64,000 bases of DNA from Chrysomallon squamiferum (taxonomy: Eukaryota > Animalia > Mollusca). The notes beneath the pieces are model-generated. The model made no database searches, had not been told where the DNA came from, and saw nothing but the letters and a program-made list of their open reading frames with translations. The DNA lies in contig CM022670.1 of NCBI GenBank assembly GCA_012295275.1, positions 14,136,001 through 14,200,000 of the forward strand, read 5' to 3'. A program made the translations under genes and the position numbers. This document shows positions 1 to 13,810 of the stretch, one piece after another. Each line of letters begins with the position of its first letter. Position 1 is the first letter of the stretch.

Positions 1-673
1 TGCAATAAGGAAAAGAACCATTATTTTTATTTATCTTTTCTCTATTATTTTTTTTCAGTCACTGTTGTAGGTACAGACAAACATAAATCACAAAGGCTGT
101 AAAATAAATAGTATGAAACAAATTATTCATGAAAAATATATCTGCATAAAGAGAATTAGTGAACCCCATCTTTTAATGAAATGGTTTATGAAAAGTCACC
201 AGAGACTGAGTCCTTACATCACTAAACTATTACAATACAATATCAGTAGCTTATGTATATATGTGTGCATGTGTATGTGTGTGTAAATATAATAATAATA
301 TTGTAAGATGAACACATGATCAAATAAATAAATAAATAAAAAAATATATGAATAAATATATTTAAAAAAAGATAAAAGTAACAATAAACTCCAACAACAC
401 ATAAGCCAAAAAATAAAACTAACAATAAGCATTATTATTTATCAGTAACTGTATTCTGATTTCAGAACATTACATTTTTGTTTTGATACATAAAAACAAG
501 CTAAAACAAGAAATAACAAGAAACAATAAAATTTATCAATAAATTGTATCAGATTCTAGAACATTATAACATCATTTGAACATTTTATCACAAAAAAAAA
601 AAAAAAAAAATGTTACGCAGCAGGAATAAGCAAGAGTAAGATTTTTCCATAATTACAAAAAGAATTCAAAACA

Positions 674-963
674 TTACACCCTCTTTTCAACATTCTGCAA
701 CAAAGGCTCCATTAAAGTTAAGAAAGAACTATTAAATTCATTTTCAGAAAACCTATGAACACTGTCTCTAGCATTCGTCTGTATCTTCAACCTCTCCTTG
801 TCAGACATTTTGAAAATAATTTCCAAGGCATCAGCATATGACTCAACATCATCGGCTAAGAAACCAGTTGGTTCTTCATTGTAAGGTGTCACTATGTCCA
901 GTTTGGGTCCACCAGAATTGTGTGCCAGGACTATACACCCTGCAGCCATTAACTCTACAATAC
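674..963 (-). CDS. ALG11: ALG11 last coding exon
   Basis: Acceptor ctaaag|GT ATT GTA GAG; encodes ELMAAG...[10 protein letters not shown]; stop TAA. Confidence 0.95.
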
Positions 964-3609
964 CTTTAGAAAAGAAGAAAAGGAAAAAAAAAAAGGAAAA
1001 TATTAGGTATCATGATAATGAAACTATTTCTAAATCTAAGTAACAAGTAATTTTATAATTTAAAATAAATGTGTATTAATTTGGAAAAAAAACAATTTTT
1101 AAAATTAATTTTCACATTTTATTTTAGACCTAATTATATACAAATAACACCTAGAAATTAAAAACCACAAATCCTATAAATGATATGAAACATTATTTTT
1201 TCATCTTACCTATACCAAAATGTTCATTCCACATTGTGTGTAAACCAATGACAGACTTTCCCATGATCTCCTTCAGTTCAGAAAAACTCACATTCAGTCT
1301 GAACTGGACACTGTCAGCCACATTCAGCTCCTCACAATAGGTTTTCAGGTTATTAACCCTTTCCATGTCATTGTCATGTCTACAACTCCCAACCAAAAGC
1401 AGCTTGTATGTGTTTCTTTCAGAATCAGGAATTCTTTTCAGAAATTCTGAAAAAGACTGGATCTGTAATGGATGATCTTTTTCTGGTCTGAACTGTCCAA
1501 TGGACACAATGATTTTATCTCTGGAAGATAATAATCTGTTTTCAAGTGGAAGTTTGATAAACTCAGTGATGTCACAAGGAGGATACACAATGTGTGTTCT
1601 GTCTGTTGCCTGCCACAAATAATTAATATGATTGAATGTCCAGGTAGAGTTGACCATAACAAGATCACATCTTTTTCCAGCCAGCCCATACAAATAGGCA
1701 AACAGTTTATAATAAATTAGTTTCACAGCACTTAGAACTGGACTAGATGAAATGAAATCAGCATTATTGTAAGAACGAGTTTGTCGAGACACTCTCTCCA
1801 GCATATCTGTGCTGATTGTAGGATAGTGGGTGTATGTCCCCACCTTGCACCCACCAAAGTATTTAAATAATGGAATAGTAAAAGCATAACCCATACTGTC
1901 AATAAAAATGTCAGGCACAAAGTTCATCATAGCTTCCCAGCCTAAAAACACGGAGCCGAGAGACTGTCCAAGGAGTGTAAAGTAAGGATACTTGCAGGCT
2001 TCCACCCATACCCTCTGCTGCAAAAATATGAATTCTACAGGTTTTGGAAGAACAATATTAAACCTCTGTCGAGCTCGGATAAGAATTTCACCTGGCTGAG
2101 CATCAGTGTCCCCTGTATATATAATACACTGCACTCTGGCATATCTGAAAAGTTATTTATAAAAAATTATTTAAACACTGGCAGTTAAAGCTCATGAAAA
2201 TGATGTCACTGTAACACAATAACACAATAATTATTTTACCTTAAATTCTTTCTGATATCTGAGAGTAACTAATGAATCTTACAAACACATAAAAACAGTC
2301 TAAATTCTTAAAATGAAAAAAAAAAAAAAAAAAAAACCTGCTATATTAAAAATAATTAAATTAAATTACTGATGATTTTTATCTTTGTTCCACTATGACT
2401 GTTTTTAACTTACTTTTCTTGCAGTGCTTTGATAGCTGTCCACAGAACTCTCTCACCACCACCACCAGCATTGCAGTATGGGTGAAAGAAAGCCACTGTT
2501 GTGAGTGATCTACCTTCATCATCCTTTTTCAGGTGAGAAAGTACTGAGTTTGATCTCCACCCAATCCACAGCTTCAGTGAGATGAGAAAAAGAGTGAAAA
2601 CAAGGATGAAGAATATTCCAGACAAGATCAGAAGACTGGCTATTTCCGATATGATACTGGAAAGATAATTAAATAAAAATATTGTTATTTTTTCATATAT
2701 AAAAATGTTAATATCTTTCACTGCCAGCATAGGTTTGGTTATTCAGCACCTTTTTATGCACTGTGAATGCATATTGTCAGGTTCTATATTAAAGAAATTT
2801 GTTTAGAAATATGTGTGACATCCAAACACTGTTGTGTTTACATATTCAGTGGTTTGAGATCTATCTTTAAAGATCTGATTATTTGCATCAGTAATGTGAA
2901 TTTATGTGGATTTTCTCAATAACACCAACACAAACCTGCATTCATACTTACTATTTGAATAAAATATTAAACTGGCTTAATGATAACTAAATGAAAAATA
3001 TATCTAAATAACAGCATGAAACTGATATTACTAATTCTTAATACAAAATACATAACAATGATGTAAATACAGAAAATTTATTTTAATATTAAATTTAATT
3101 AAATACAGATATTTATATTTAGTAAATTTACTGAATTTACTTAATACTAAATAGGCCCAGGCTAAACTACATATTAAGTAGTGTTTTAATCAGTGCTAAG
3201 GACACATAAAATATATTTAAAACACAATTTGATTTCAATTAGTTACGTATGTTTATCTGCACTAAAACTACTTGTATTTATTTATTATTTTTTTTGAAAT
3301 TTTATTTTAATGAATCTTCTTTAAAATATATTTTTTAACCTAATGGTTAAATGGATTTCCTTCTTAACGACCTGCATATTAGTAATTTTTAATCAAAAGT
3401 GCCTCTGCCACTAAAATTGGCACACATGCAAACCCCCATTCTGATTCTAGCCCAAAAATTAAATACAATTATAATAATATTTTGGCAACTCCTCAAACTC
3501 ATTGCGCACCAAATAGATTTAATAGAAAGATATTTGACATAAAATGAGATATAAATAGTATTTCTTTTAATTACCTCACATAAGTATGCATAAGCATGGA
3601 AAGTACCAT
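674..3609 (-). CDS. ALG11: GDP-Man:Man3GlcNAc2-PP-Dol alpha-1,2-mannosyltransferase; CDS complement(join(674..963,1210..2144,2414..2656,3575..3609)), about 500 aa
   Basis: ALG11 motifs [49 protein letters not shown] and [16 protein letters not shown] junctions have compatible phases (2,2,1) and total 1503 nt. Confidence 0.96.
1210..2144 (-). CDS. ALG11: ALG11 coding exon 3 (glycosyltransferase core)
   Basis: ORF 1193..2134; acceptor tttcag|A and donor ATAG|GTAAGA. Confidence 0.96.
2414..2656 (-). CDS. ALG11: ALG11 coding exon 2 (hydrophobic segment plus [17 protein letters not shown])
   Basis: Within ORF 2410..2730; donor AA|GTAAGT. Confidence 0.9.
3575..3609 (-). CDS. ALG11: ALG11 predicted coding exon 1 ([11 protein letters not shown]-)
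   Basis: ATG at 3609 and donor GAG|GTAATT in phase 2, matching the phase-2 acceptor ctttccag|T at 2656. The alternative is an unspliced start at ATG 2730. Confidence 0.65.
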
Positions 3610-3932
3610 TCTGTCTATGTAAAGCCTGTGGCAATCTCAATTTGCGTAAGCTTCCGGAGTTTGGTCCGCTGTGAGTTTTTTTATTTTGAGATTTACAAAA
3701 TTAACAAGTTACATTTGAAATGTTTGTGGATGACATTTCAATTTTTGTTTTATGTATTATAATAACAACGAAGTCTTTCAGTTCTGACGTCAATACAAGA
3801 CATAATTAGCGAAAAATAAACACATTTAGTAGATTTATAATTTTGCAGACGAAACAGTCGGAAGAACGTTTAACAAGGGGAGTTAAATATACTGAAATAT
3901 CCGTTTCGCTGAATGGACCAAATAAAACACCG
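3610..3932. promoter_or_regulatory. Putative bidirectional promoter for ALG11 and ATP7 copy 1
   Basis: Local CpG enrichment. ETS core CCGGAAG on minus (3651-3657), CRE palindrome TGACGTCA (3785-3792), ETS core CGGAAG on plus (3859-3864), plus-strand donor CCG|GTAAGA at 3933. Confidence 0.6.
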
Positions 3933-4868
3933 GTAAGACCTACTTCTGTTAAATACAAGCTAAAATAACAATAACGATTATAGTTTGTGTCCACATAATG
4001 CGGAACAACAAAACAACAATGTATGACGATGATAATCATAAATATGAAGATATTTTAATATGTTACAATTATTTCGACACTGCCCTTCACTTGTTTACTT
4101 AAGCAACAAAAATAAAATAAATTACTATTAACTTTAAACCACACAGTGTAGAAATTTTTGTAACAAATATTGAGTTGTTTTTTTGTGTGTGATCAAGAAA
4201 GATATTTCAAATAGTTAACTGAATAACCGATTCATACATAACACTACTCTTCCATATTTGTTTCAGAATATATATATATATATTTTTCTTATTTTCGAGG
4301 GTGTATATATAATACTGTAAATGTAATAATCAAGATTATGTGAAACAATTTCCATCATATTTCTTAGATTCACATCATTTGCTCCTATCATTATTATAAA
4401 TATTGGTTGTAACGTATTTACTGCTATATAACACATACCCATCTCTGATACACACACAATCTAACCACAAATATGCTTCCACAAATGTTGGGCATTATTA
4501 TAAGTAGCTGATAACTACTGCTAATGCTTTAATGATTTTTTTAAAAGAACAAGTTTAGCTTTTAACAGTATAAAAATTAATAAACCCAGTGAAATATTTC
4601 AAACAAACCATGTCTATTTTTCTTTACTGTTTGTGACCGTTTGCGGTTACTCACTTGATTTACTAGGCGAAATCAAACTATTATAATAACACTGGTTTTC
4701 CTAAAATTAATTCGCACTACTTTCATTAAGTATATGACCTTTCAAACATCGACCAAGACAAAAACAAGTTACCAGTTCCAAACCAGTGACCTGAAAAATG
4801 TTTATCATTTATTAAGTCAGACATACAAGCATATGTCAATCATTTTATTATTATTATTTTTTTTTTAG

Positions 4869-4938
4869 ACATATTTAAAAGGATATTATGACAATTTAAC
4901 ACCAGATCCAAGTCGACAAAGAAGAAATTCAGACAAAC
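4869..4938 (+). other. Possible 5'UTR exon of ATP7 copy 1
   Basis: 70-nt segment between a poly-T/AG acceptor and a strong donor AAC|GTAAGT. Confidence 0.4.
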
Positions 4939-7900
4939 GTAAGTTAACAGGCTGTCTTAACCAATTCCATCGAATAGATAATAGAACTCTGAACTGTCAG
5001 ACATTTTTGGAATTGAACTTTTATCAGTATGTATATGAAATTTTATCAGTATGTGACATACTTAGCGGGACTTAAGTAAAAAAACCAACATGTCCAAAAA
5101 AAATAAAAAATAAAAAAATAAATATGACACTGGTGATCTAACCATATTATGTTTGTTTATTGTTGAATAAGACGAATCATCGAATGTATATTAATATAAA
5201 TATGGACTCTAATACAAATACAAATACTGAAATAGTATATAATTATATAAATATTTTTATTTATTAAAACGACAATTACATAATAAAAAAATAAAAAAAA
5301 ATAATATTAACGGTAAATACTAAATCATTTAGATACTGTGAAATAATATTTTTATTTGATGCGTTCAGGAGTGACAACTCTTAGATTCATAATTTATGAT
5401 TAGGTGGGTGTAAAATAGTAAATTATTTCAGACAGCTTCAAATGACATTATGCCAGAGAGATTTATATAAGTATATTAATTATGAATAAAGTACATTTTG
5501 AACATGTAATTAAGTAAATCCAATGATTATATATTTTCAAAAATAAATATAACACATATTAAGAATGTTTGTCAAATTTTATATATGACTTGTCACTTTG
5601 TGTTTGTGTCTTTGTAAGCTTGTATACATATTTGTGTGTTAACAAATACAAAACTGATATAGTTACAAAAATTAAAACCCTGGAAATTATTTTGCCTTTT
5701 ATTTCTGATTTATTTGTTCTTTTTGTTATTTTTATACCCCAGCTAAAACTGCTAACTGTATGTATTGGATATTTTGTTTATTGCAGACCTAATGTAAATT
5801 ACCTGTATTATTGTTAATGAAAAGAAGAATCGATCAGTAACACATTTAGCAGTATTAATTAAACTCTGGATGCAAAACCAAGTTAAAGTATTGTAATAAT
5901 TTAATAAATAACAAATAGAATTTTTTTGCAAACAAACACACACAGACACACGCAACACATACACAGAGAGATAACTTGCATAAAAGCTTGTATAACTCAT
6001 ATGTTTTTCTAATTATATACATTTCATCATTAAGTTTGTCTTTTACACTGTTACAGAAAATATATATATATACATATATACATACGGAATGCTTGTACTT
6101 GCACATAAATACATACAAACACATACATGTATACATTCATACATTACGACTACTTATATATTTTTTATTTTAGAACAGCAAATCATATCTAGTTTGTGAA
6201 AAATTATATGCTTTTTGCTTAAGGGCCTGTTTTTTTTTTCAGTCTGAATTAATGTTTATGTATATGAAACATAATTCCAGGCATTTGACTGGTGGTTATA
6301 ATCTGTAATTCAATACTTGAGTCTAATGAATTCCAGAGTAAGACAAAACTTAGCACCAGGAGTTTTACTTTGTTCTTTAACAGTGAAACATACTTTTCGT
6401 ATTTGTCAACTTATAATTTATATATAAAAAAATAACCATGCATCTTAAACCTACGAAAGGAATTTTAAAGGTATTATAATTTTTATTCTGTTAATTTTCA
6501 GTTATGTTTTACTTTGTTTATATTTACAATACTCATTAGTAGGTGAACATTTAATATTTACTTCACTATAATGTTTTTTTTTTTTCAGTTTGCATAATAA
6601 AAATGTTTAAAATTAAATTTTACATGCATGCTATCTTTATTCTTTTGAAAAAATAGGGAAATGGTTCTTAATATTTTATATGTTTGGTAAATATATGACT
6701 TGATGTTTAATGGCACATGTGTCTATTAATTTATTTACAGAGTAGAATGTTTCATTTAAATTAAATTACTTGTAACATTTTAGAATGTAGCAGCAAGATC
6801 GCAATTACATTTTAAGTTATGATTATTTTAGACTTGTTACAACATTTTGATGGCATATAAAAATGTAAAACTTAATTTCTGATAGTTAACTCCATTTGAC
6901 AAGGAAAGCATGTGATAATTATTTGTATTAGATATGTCAAACACAATGAATATATAATAATGACTGACATAGATAAGATAAGTAAATAACTGCTATGTTA
7001 TATATTTTAAAAATGATGTCTGATGGTTTCTGTATTAGACATGTATAATCAGTATATTAGAGTGTAAATGACATTTTCAATATTTTTAACTTATGTTTAA
7101 TTTTGTACTGTAATATCATTTGAATCATCCTCATTATTATTATCATGTTGGATGTGATACATATGAAAATTGAAATACTGATGTCACATTCACTGTGTTA
7201 ATCATATTAGGTAAGTACAACCAACTGTAGTATTCCTAGAACATAAAAAAGTATAAAATGGTTACTATATTAGATTAACAGTTACATTATATGTGTAACA
7301 GAATGATAACACAGCTATGGCAAACCAAAGCCAGATTTATAATATTCCTATTAAATAAATAACTTTAAAATGGCTACCATATTAAACTAACAGTCAAATT
7401 ATATGTCTGAGTTTAATACAAATAATAGGTGTCATAGCTAAATGAGAAAAAAGAAAAGAAAAAAAAAAGGGGGACAAAAATGTGACAGTAAAAAACATTC
7501 CTTTCATTTCCTCTGCCTGGCTACAAAAGATATTGTTTTTGCTGATTCATCACCTGTTTCATGACCTGGTTGGCAGAATGCCCACAGACCACTAAAATGT
7601 CTGGACACACAGGGGTAGATATATCCACCTGCCTTACCTGAAGTTGAATCAGCAAAATTAAATATTGTCTGTTTACCTGAAACATCAATCTGGGGAAGGG
7701 AAGTTCAGTAGGGAGGGTGGACAGGTTACCATCAAAGAGGTGAACATGACAGACATCCATTTTAACAGGTTTTCTTTCTTAAAGTTATCTCCACCCACCT
7801 CACCTCCTAGTCTCTTTCCTTAACCTGTGTAACTTGTATTTCCATTACCTGTTTTATTCCATAAAGTATAGATATGTTGTCAGTTGTGGACGTACCTAAC

Positions 7901-9455
7901 AAAGTATAAGGTACAGTTATCATGGGTTGTAGGATTTCGTAGGATATTTGAGGAATATGATACTGTACCCATGTTACACAATTTCATTTTACGGCTGACG
8001 GGTACTAGATGTGGTTGTAACATGTTTTTGAGGCCAGACTAAAAAGTTCATGTTTGTTTTTGTCTGATATCATTGTCCCATTTTTGGACATTTTAAGATT
8101 TAGAGTTATTGAAGGGTTATAATAACTGGAATATAATCATGGAAAATGCTGAGGTTAGTATTAATACATCCAATATTCAGCTTGTTTTTCTTTTAACAAT
8201 AATATGCCAATATACTAATTTTCATATTATTATTATTTATTTATTTATTTATTTATGTATTTATTTATTTACATATTGTGTTAATTATTCAATTATTCCT
8301 GCCCACCTTAGATCTATGTCTACTATAAAATATAACAATAACATGGAACACTAAGGAGGCTGCCATTATTAAGTCTTTTTACCTACTGCTTCATGTGTTT
8401 GTTAAAAAGAAAGAAAAAGCCAGTTAACTTGAAAGATATGAGTGTAACAACTTAATAAATAAGAACATGAAACAATTATTATTATTTTTAAATAAAAATT
8501 TGTATACTGAAATGAAATAACTAATGTCTATTTATTTTGAGCTCCCAAACAGACATAATTTCATAAGTTCAAAAACAATATTGGAATATTCCCTTAGTGC
8601 AGTTATACAGGGTTTCTTTTGTTTTTCTCTTTATCATCTCTTAAGTCTTTTTTTTTCTAAGTCTTTCATTGACTGGGTGTATGTGAATATATGTCTGTCA
8701 TTTAACATTTTTAATATGTCTTATCAATTGAAATGCATCTTAAAAAACTGGTTAAATAGTTATTAGCAAATAGTCTTTTGACTTCCAGGGCAGTCATGTA
8801 ATTTTATTTTGTAATGGAAGTTACCATAAAGATGAATTACCTGTCAAGATGTGTTTAACCTGAGAAATAATTAAACTCAAATGATTTGTCTGTCCAGAAG
8901 AAGAAGCTGTTAAATATATATTTGCACAGCTGTTCATTTATATGTTTATATTAATGGAGGAACTTAATTGTTTTGATAGTATGAAATTTCATTGAATTAA
9001 TTGGCATATAAAGACACATATTAGATTTGTTTAGAGAAAGGCCATATGCTGTTTCTGGATTTGAAACATTCCTAATAGACAAAAATGTCCCAAACAGGAT
9101 AGATTAGTAAATTTCAATTTTATTATTTATTGTAAAATGTAACAGCTTTTATTAAAAGTCCTTTTGTAGCAGCTTCATATGTTGTATTGCATTTTCTGCA
9201 TTTTCTCCATTTTTTTCATAGTTTACATTTTTTTTTTTCTCTTTTTATAATCAATATTTTATAATTTTTTATTTGTCTTTGAATAATGAATTAGTAGATT
9301 GCACAGTTTATTCAAATCACCAGAGGTTTTACTGAATATACTTCTGTCCAAGGGCTACAACACCAACATTTTATTTTACTTGTTGTCCTGAGGGGTTAAA
9401 AACTTTCCAGTGATTTTCTCAGTCTGTAAGTGTCAAGCTTTTAAATACCAACAGG

Positions 9456-9491
<36 letters not shown>

Positions 9492-10536
9492 CCCCCATCT
9501 GCCTTGATATGCAAATTATAAGATTATTATTTTTTTTTTTTTAAGCAGAGATTGGTAATAAAAACTAAGTGGGAAGTATAAAAAGTGTATTTAAACCAAT
9601 AAAAATAGTGTATACAGAAAATACAATCTGATTATAACAAAAAAAAATTAAAAAAAAAAAAAAAAATAATTTAATTAATGACACTTTTTAATGTTATGAG
9701 AGAAATTTTTCCTGTTGGAGAAATAAAATTTATTTAAGTTTCTACATGTGCCAGCTTAAGTTTGTCATCTTATCAGATTGATTTAATATGGCAGATTTTC
9801 ATGTGCTTACATTGGCTTTACGTGGGTTAGCAGCCATGATAATTTTACTCTTTTTAATGTCACATCACAATATCTATCAAGATATGTAATAATTTTGTCT
9901 ATTACAAAAATACTTTTTAACTTATTTATTGCTTAATCACTGTGGATAGATTCTGTATCACTGCAGGATTTTAGTTTATACTGGTAAAAACATCTGATAC
10001 AAAAAAATCTTTAAGGGACAGGAAATGAAAGTAACCAGATGTTACTGAAAACAGTTTATAGCATTTTGACAAAATATCAAACTGATAATTGTCTGCAGTA
10101 TTGATTATAAACACAAACACATACACATATTTATTGAAGCTAGACCATATGGTTTTTTTTCAGACTTTGTATAAATCTCATTGCAGCTTCTTAAAATTTA
10201 TTTCTTAGTAAAGTTTGAGGTACATTTTCAAAGTAAGGTAGGGATGATCCTCTACATGAAATTTTAAACACACACACACACACAAACACACTCATTTTAT
10301 TTATTTGTTGATAATGTCTGTTCTTTTTAATAAATAATTGTTCTTGTTAAATACTTATGCTGATATTTTAAAATATTGTTAAAAATATGTATATTGCTAA
10401 TTTTGTTTTATTTTCAGTTCTGTAATAGTATTTGTTATTTCAAGATAGATGATGCAGTATTCATTAAATTGTTTTCATTTCACATGGAATAGAATTAAAT
10501 TTCATACTTTCTTCAGTTAAATGCTTACAAAATTTG

Positions 10537-10538
<2 letters not shown>

Positions 10539-10581
<43 letters not shown>

Positions 10582-10594
10582 CATGCACACACAC
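10539..10594 (+). repeat. (CA)n microsatellite
   Basis: Visible repeat. Confidence 0.92.
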
Positions 10595-13500
10595 AAAATA
10601 AATAAATAAATAAAAATATAAATGAATAAATGAAAAATAATAATTAAAGAAAAACCCCTAAATATCCCCTAAATAAAAGCCAAAAAAAAAAAAAAAAAAA
10701 ATAAACATTTTTTTTTTATAAATCCTTGCAAAAAGCCAGATATTTGGAAAGACATAATTACTTTATTTTTATATTTTTCTCACATGGCATCATTTACATG
10801 ACCAAATTCATATACTAAATGCAGGTATTTCAAATTGACTATACTTTAATCCCTCTCCATGTAATGTAATATGATTTCTTTTGTTTTACTGACAACATGC
10901 TTCATGTGTGTAATTTAATTCGTCTGGCAATGACGTAAATAAAGACCTGTCTAATGGGGAGATCAAGAAGATCTGAACTCGTCCTAGTTACAGTGACTCC
11001 CCAAAATTTCATGCATATTACATGGCTTGTCTATGTAATCAGAAAAAAGTTTTGTATATTTATATATCTTTAGCAAACAACTAAAGGGTACCCATATTAC
11101 ATCATTTTATTTGATCAGTCTCAGGTTGTTAGAATTTCATATGGATTCCATTATAATGTTTTGGATTTGTCCATCTGATACTAGTTTTTTCGCTTACATG
11201 TGGTATAATTTACTGTTAATTATGTTATCTTATACCTCTCAGATAGCTGTTACATAGCTGAAGTAATTAATCTGTTGTTCTTTGTTTTCTACTGGTGTTG
11301 AAGAACGTGAACAATAATGATGAAGTCAGCAAATTTTAGAAAGGTTAACAAAGAAATAAAAAATATCACTATATCATTTTTTAGAATTGAAACAGTCTTG
11401 AAAGTTAAACATTTAACATCTGCTGATCTTAAATCATAACCAGAATTTTCAGACCATATCAGAATGATTACATTTTTCGTTTTATTTCTTTGGTTAATGA
11501 CTCTAAATATAAATATATTAACTCAAATTAATATTCAATTTGGTAGTTAAAATAAAACAAATTAAAAAAACAAACAACACTCAACCTAAGGGACAGACAC
11601 AAAACAATATACAGATATGTGTAACATGTTTTAAATTACAGTTGGCACTGCTGTCAGCAGGCTTTTGATTTTCATTTATGCATTTTGCCTTTTGCAAGTA
11701 TTTATGTAAGTTAATTTAAAGATTATCATTTTTTCCCTTATCAATACAAGAACATTATCAGAATATCAGAAATTAAGATAGTATAACACGCATACATATA
11801 CATGTACATACATATATTTACAAATACATATGAAAACACACATACACATATAAGCATTAAAATTTAAATATACACATACATATAAATAGGTATATACACA
11901 TCTGGTTACAACCAACCACACACACACAAATTATTCATATACACACACATAAATACAAATTATACACAGACACAATCACAATCACACAGTACATTAAAGA
12001 TATTTGAATCATTTTAGCAGCTTTATTGATTTTATGATGATGATGTTAATAAAACTGCCATACAGTACCACACAGTTCATTTACAGTGTTTTATGTGGAT
12101 TATAATTACATTATACATAGGAAATGGGTGGAATAATATTGTACATTATAAACATTTAATGTGTACTGATGGTTGATTCTTTTATTTTTGTTAAGTTTTT
12201 ATTTGTTGATATTTTACACACATCAACATAATAGCTGATTGTGAATGCAGTAATATGTCACAGAGACATATCATCTCTTACATGTTTAAAGCAGTTACAG
12301 TTTTGTTTAAAACAAAAAAAAAAACAACTACAAAATAAATAAATAAATAAATAAATGAAGGAAAAGAAATAATAATAATAAAATAAAACTATCAAAAGAA
12401 TAGAAAGAAATTTAAGAAAAACACACCAAAAAAACGCAAACAACCATATACCCACCATTAATTCATTAATTTAGGTTATTATATGGGGTATTCAGTCATA
12501 AAATGTATATGTACTTAATACATATACAACATATTCAAACATAGATACACACACACATAGCACATGTAAACACATGCATACACAAACAAAACAAACACAC
12601 AGAAGCTTAAGTATCAGATCTAATGAAAAGGATTAACATAAAAATGTACTCATAATAATTGTATTGCTATTTTTAAAATCACTTAGTTTACACATTTCTG
12701 ATGCAATACCAAATAAATTTTGCTGAATCATGGTCAATACATTAGGAAACAAAATAACTTCAAAGGGAAATAACTCTGTGATCTCTGTTGTTACAAATTA
12801 CAGGTCATACATGAAGAAAGGAGTACATTATATGAATAGATTTAACTGACTTTAAGACTAGAAATCTGTACTGCTTACTAAACATTTATGAAATTTGGTA
12901 AAAAAAAAACCATTTTAGGTAAAGTGTGGCCTTAAGAGTAGGTAACTGAATTTAAATAACATGTTTCTGTGTATTTTAGATGTGTTCTACGTTTTGAAGA
13001 AGTACAGAGCCAACATGTACATGTGCAAATAGTATTTTTTTAAAGTTATTATTATTTTAAAATTAACATAATTTTTAGAATATGATAATTTTGTTTTTAT
13101 CAGTTGTACTTTAGTATTTGTGTTAGTATATGAAGCAGAATTTACAGTGTCTTAATGTTATAGATTCTGTATTTTTTCTTCTCTTGTATGGATGTCTGTG
13201 TGTATAGATGTATGTGAATGGCTCTGTAAAATTTGTTTTAGATAACATATAAAACTGAAATAACATCTTCATAAATTATTAACAAGCATATTATTGTAAA
13301 TATATCTGTGTAAATGACAGTTCAGTTCTCATTATAATTATCATTTGTGTTAAGGAAACAAATTTAATTAGAATTTTAATAATCTTTGTTTTGATATGAT
13401 TCTTACTTTAACCCCAACCACTAGCTTATAGTGTCACACACACCACACACACACACACACACAAACTCACAACATATACATAAAGTAATACACACACACA

Positions 13501-13690
13501 CACACACACAAAATCATGAAAATACAGATACAAATTCATATACATTAAAAAGATATGCACATAAACACATTTACATACACATATAATCCAACACAAAAAC
13601 ACATAAATAACATGTTTTTGATATTGTTTTTAAAAATATTTGTTTACAAACTTTAATTTAACACAGAGTAAATTTCTCTTTCAGAATCCT

Positions 13691-13810
13691 ATGGTGTTGA
13701 GAACCATGGACCGGACAACGGTGTTGTCTGTGGATGGAATGACCTGCCATTCATGTGTGTACAACATCGAGAGCAACTTAGCCAAGGAGATCGGAGTGAT
13801 TAGTATTAAG
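13691..13810 (+). CDS. ATP7: ATP7 copy 1 coding exon 1, first half of HMA1 (GMTCHSC)
   Basis: Acceptor tttcag ending at 13684; ATGs at 13691 and 13706 (accATGG, aligns with the copy-2 start); donor AAG|GTAAGC. Confidence 0.85.

Noticed and set aside
2657-2730. N-terminal extension of ORF 2410..2730 ([10 protein letters not shown]...) as the ALG11 start
   Set aside because: It looks intronic (AT-rich, ending in ctttccag), and a phase-matched upstream exon at 3575-3609 fits better. Not fully excluded.
214-12458. Numerous short ORFs rich in I/Y/F/H/T/C/V, here and throughout the window
   Set aside because: They are translations of AT-rich sequence and CA/TA/ATT microsatellites
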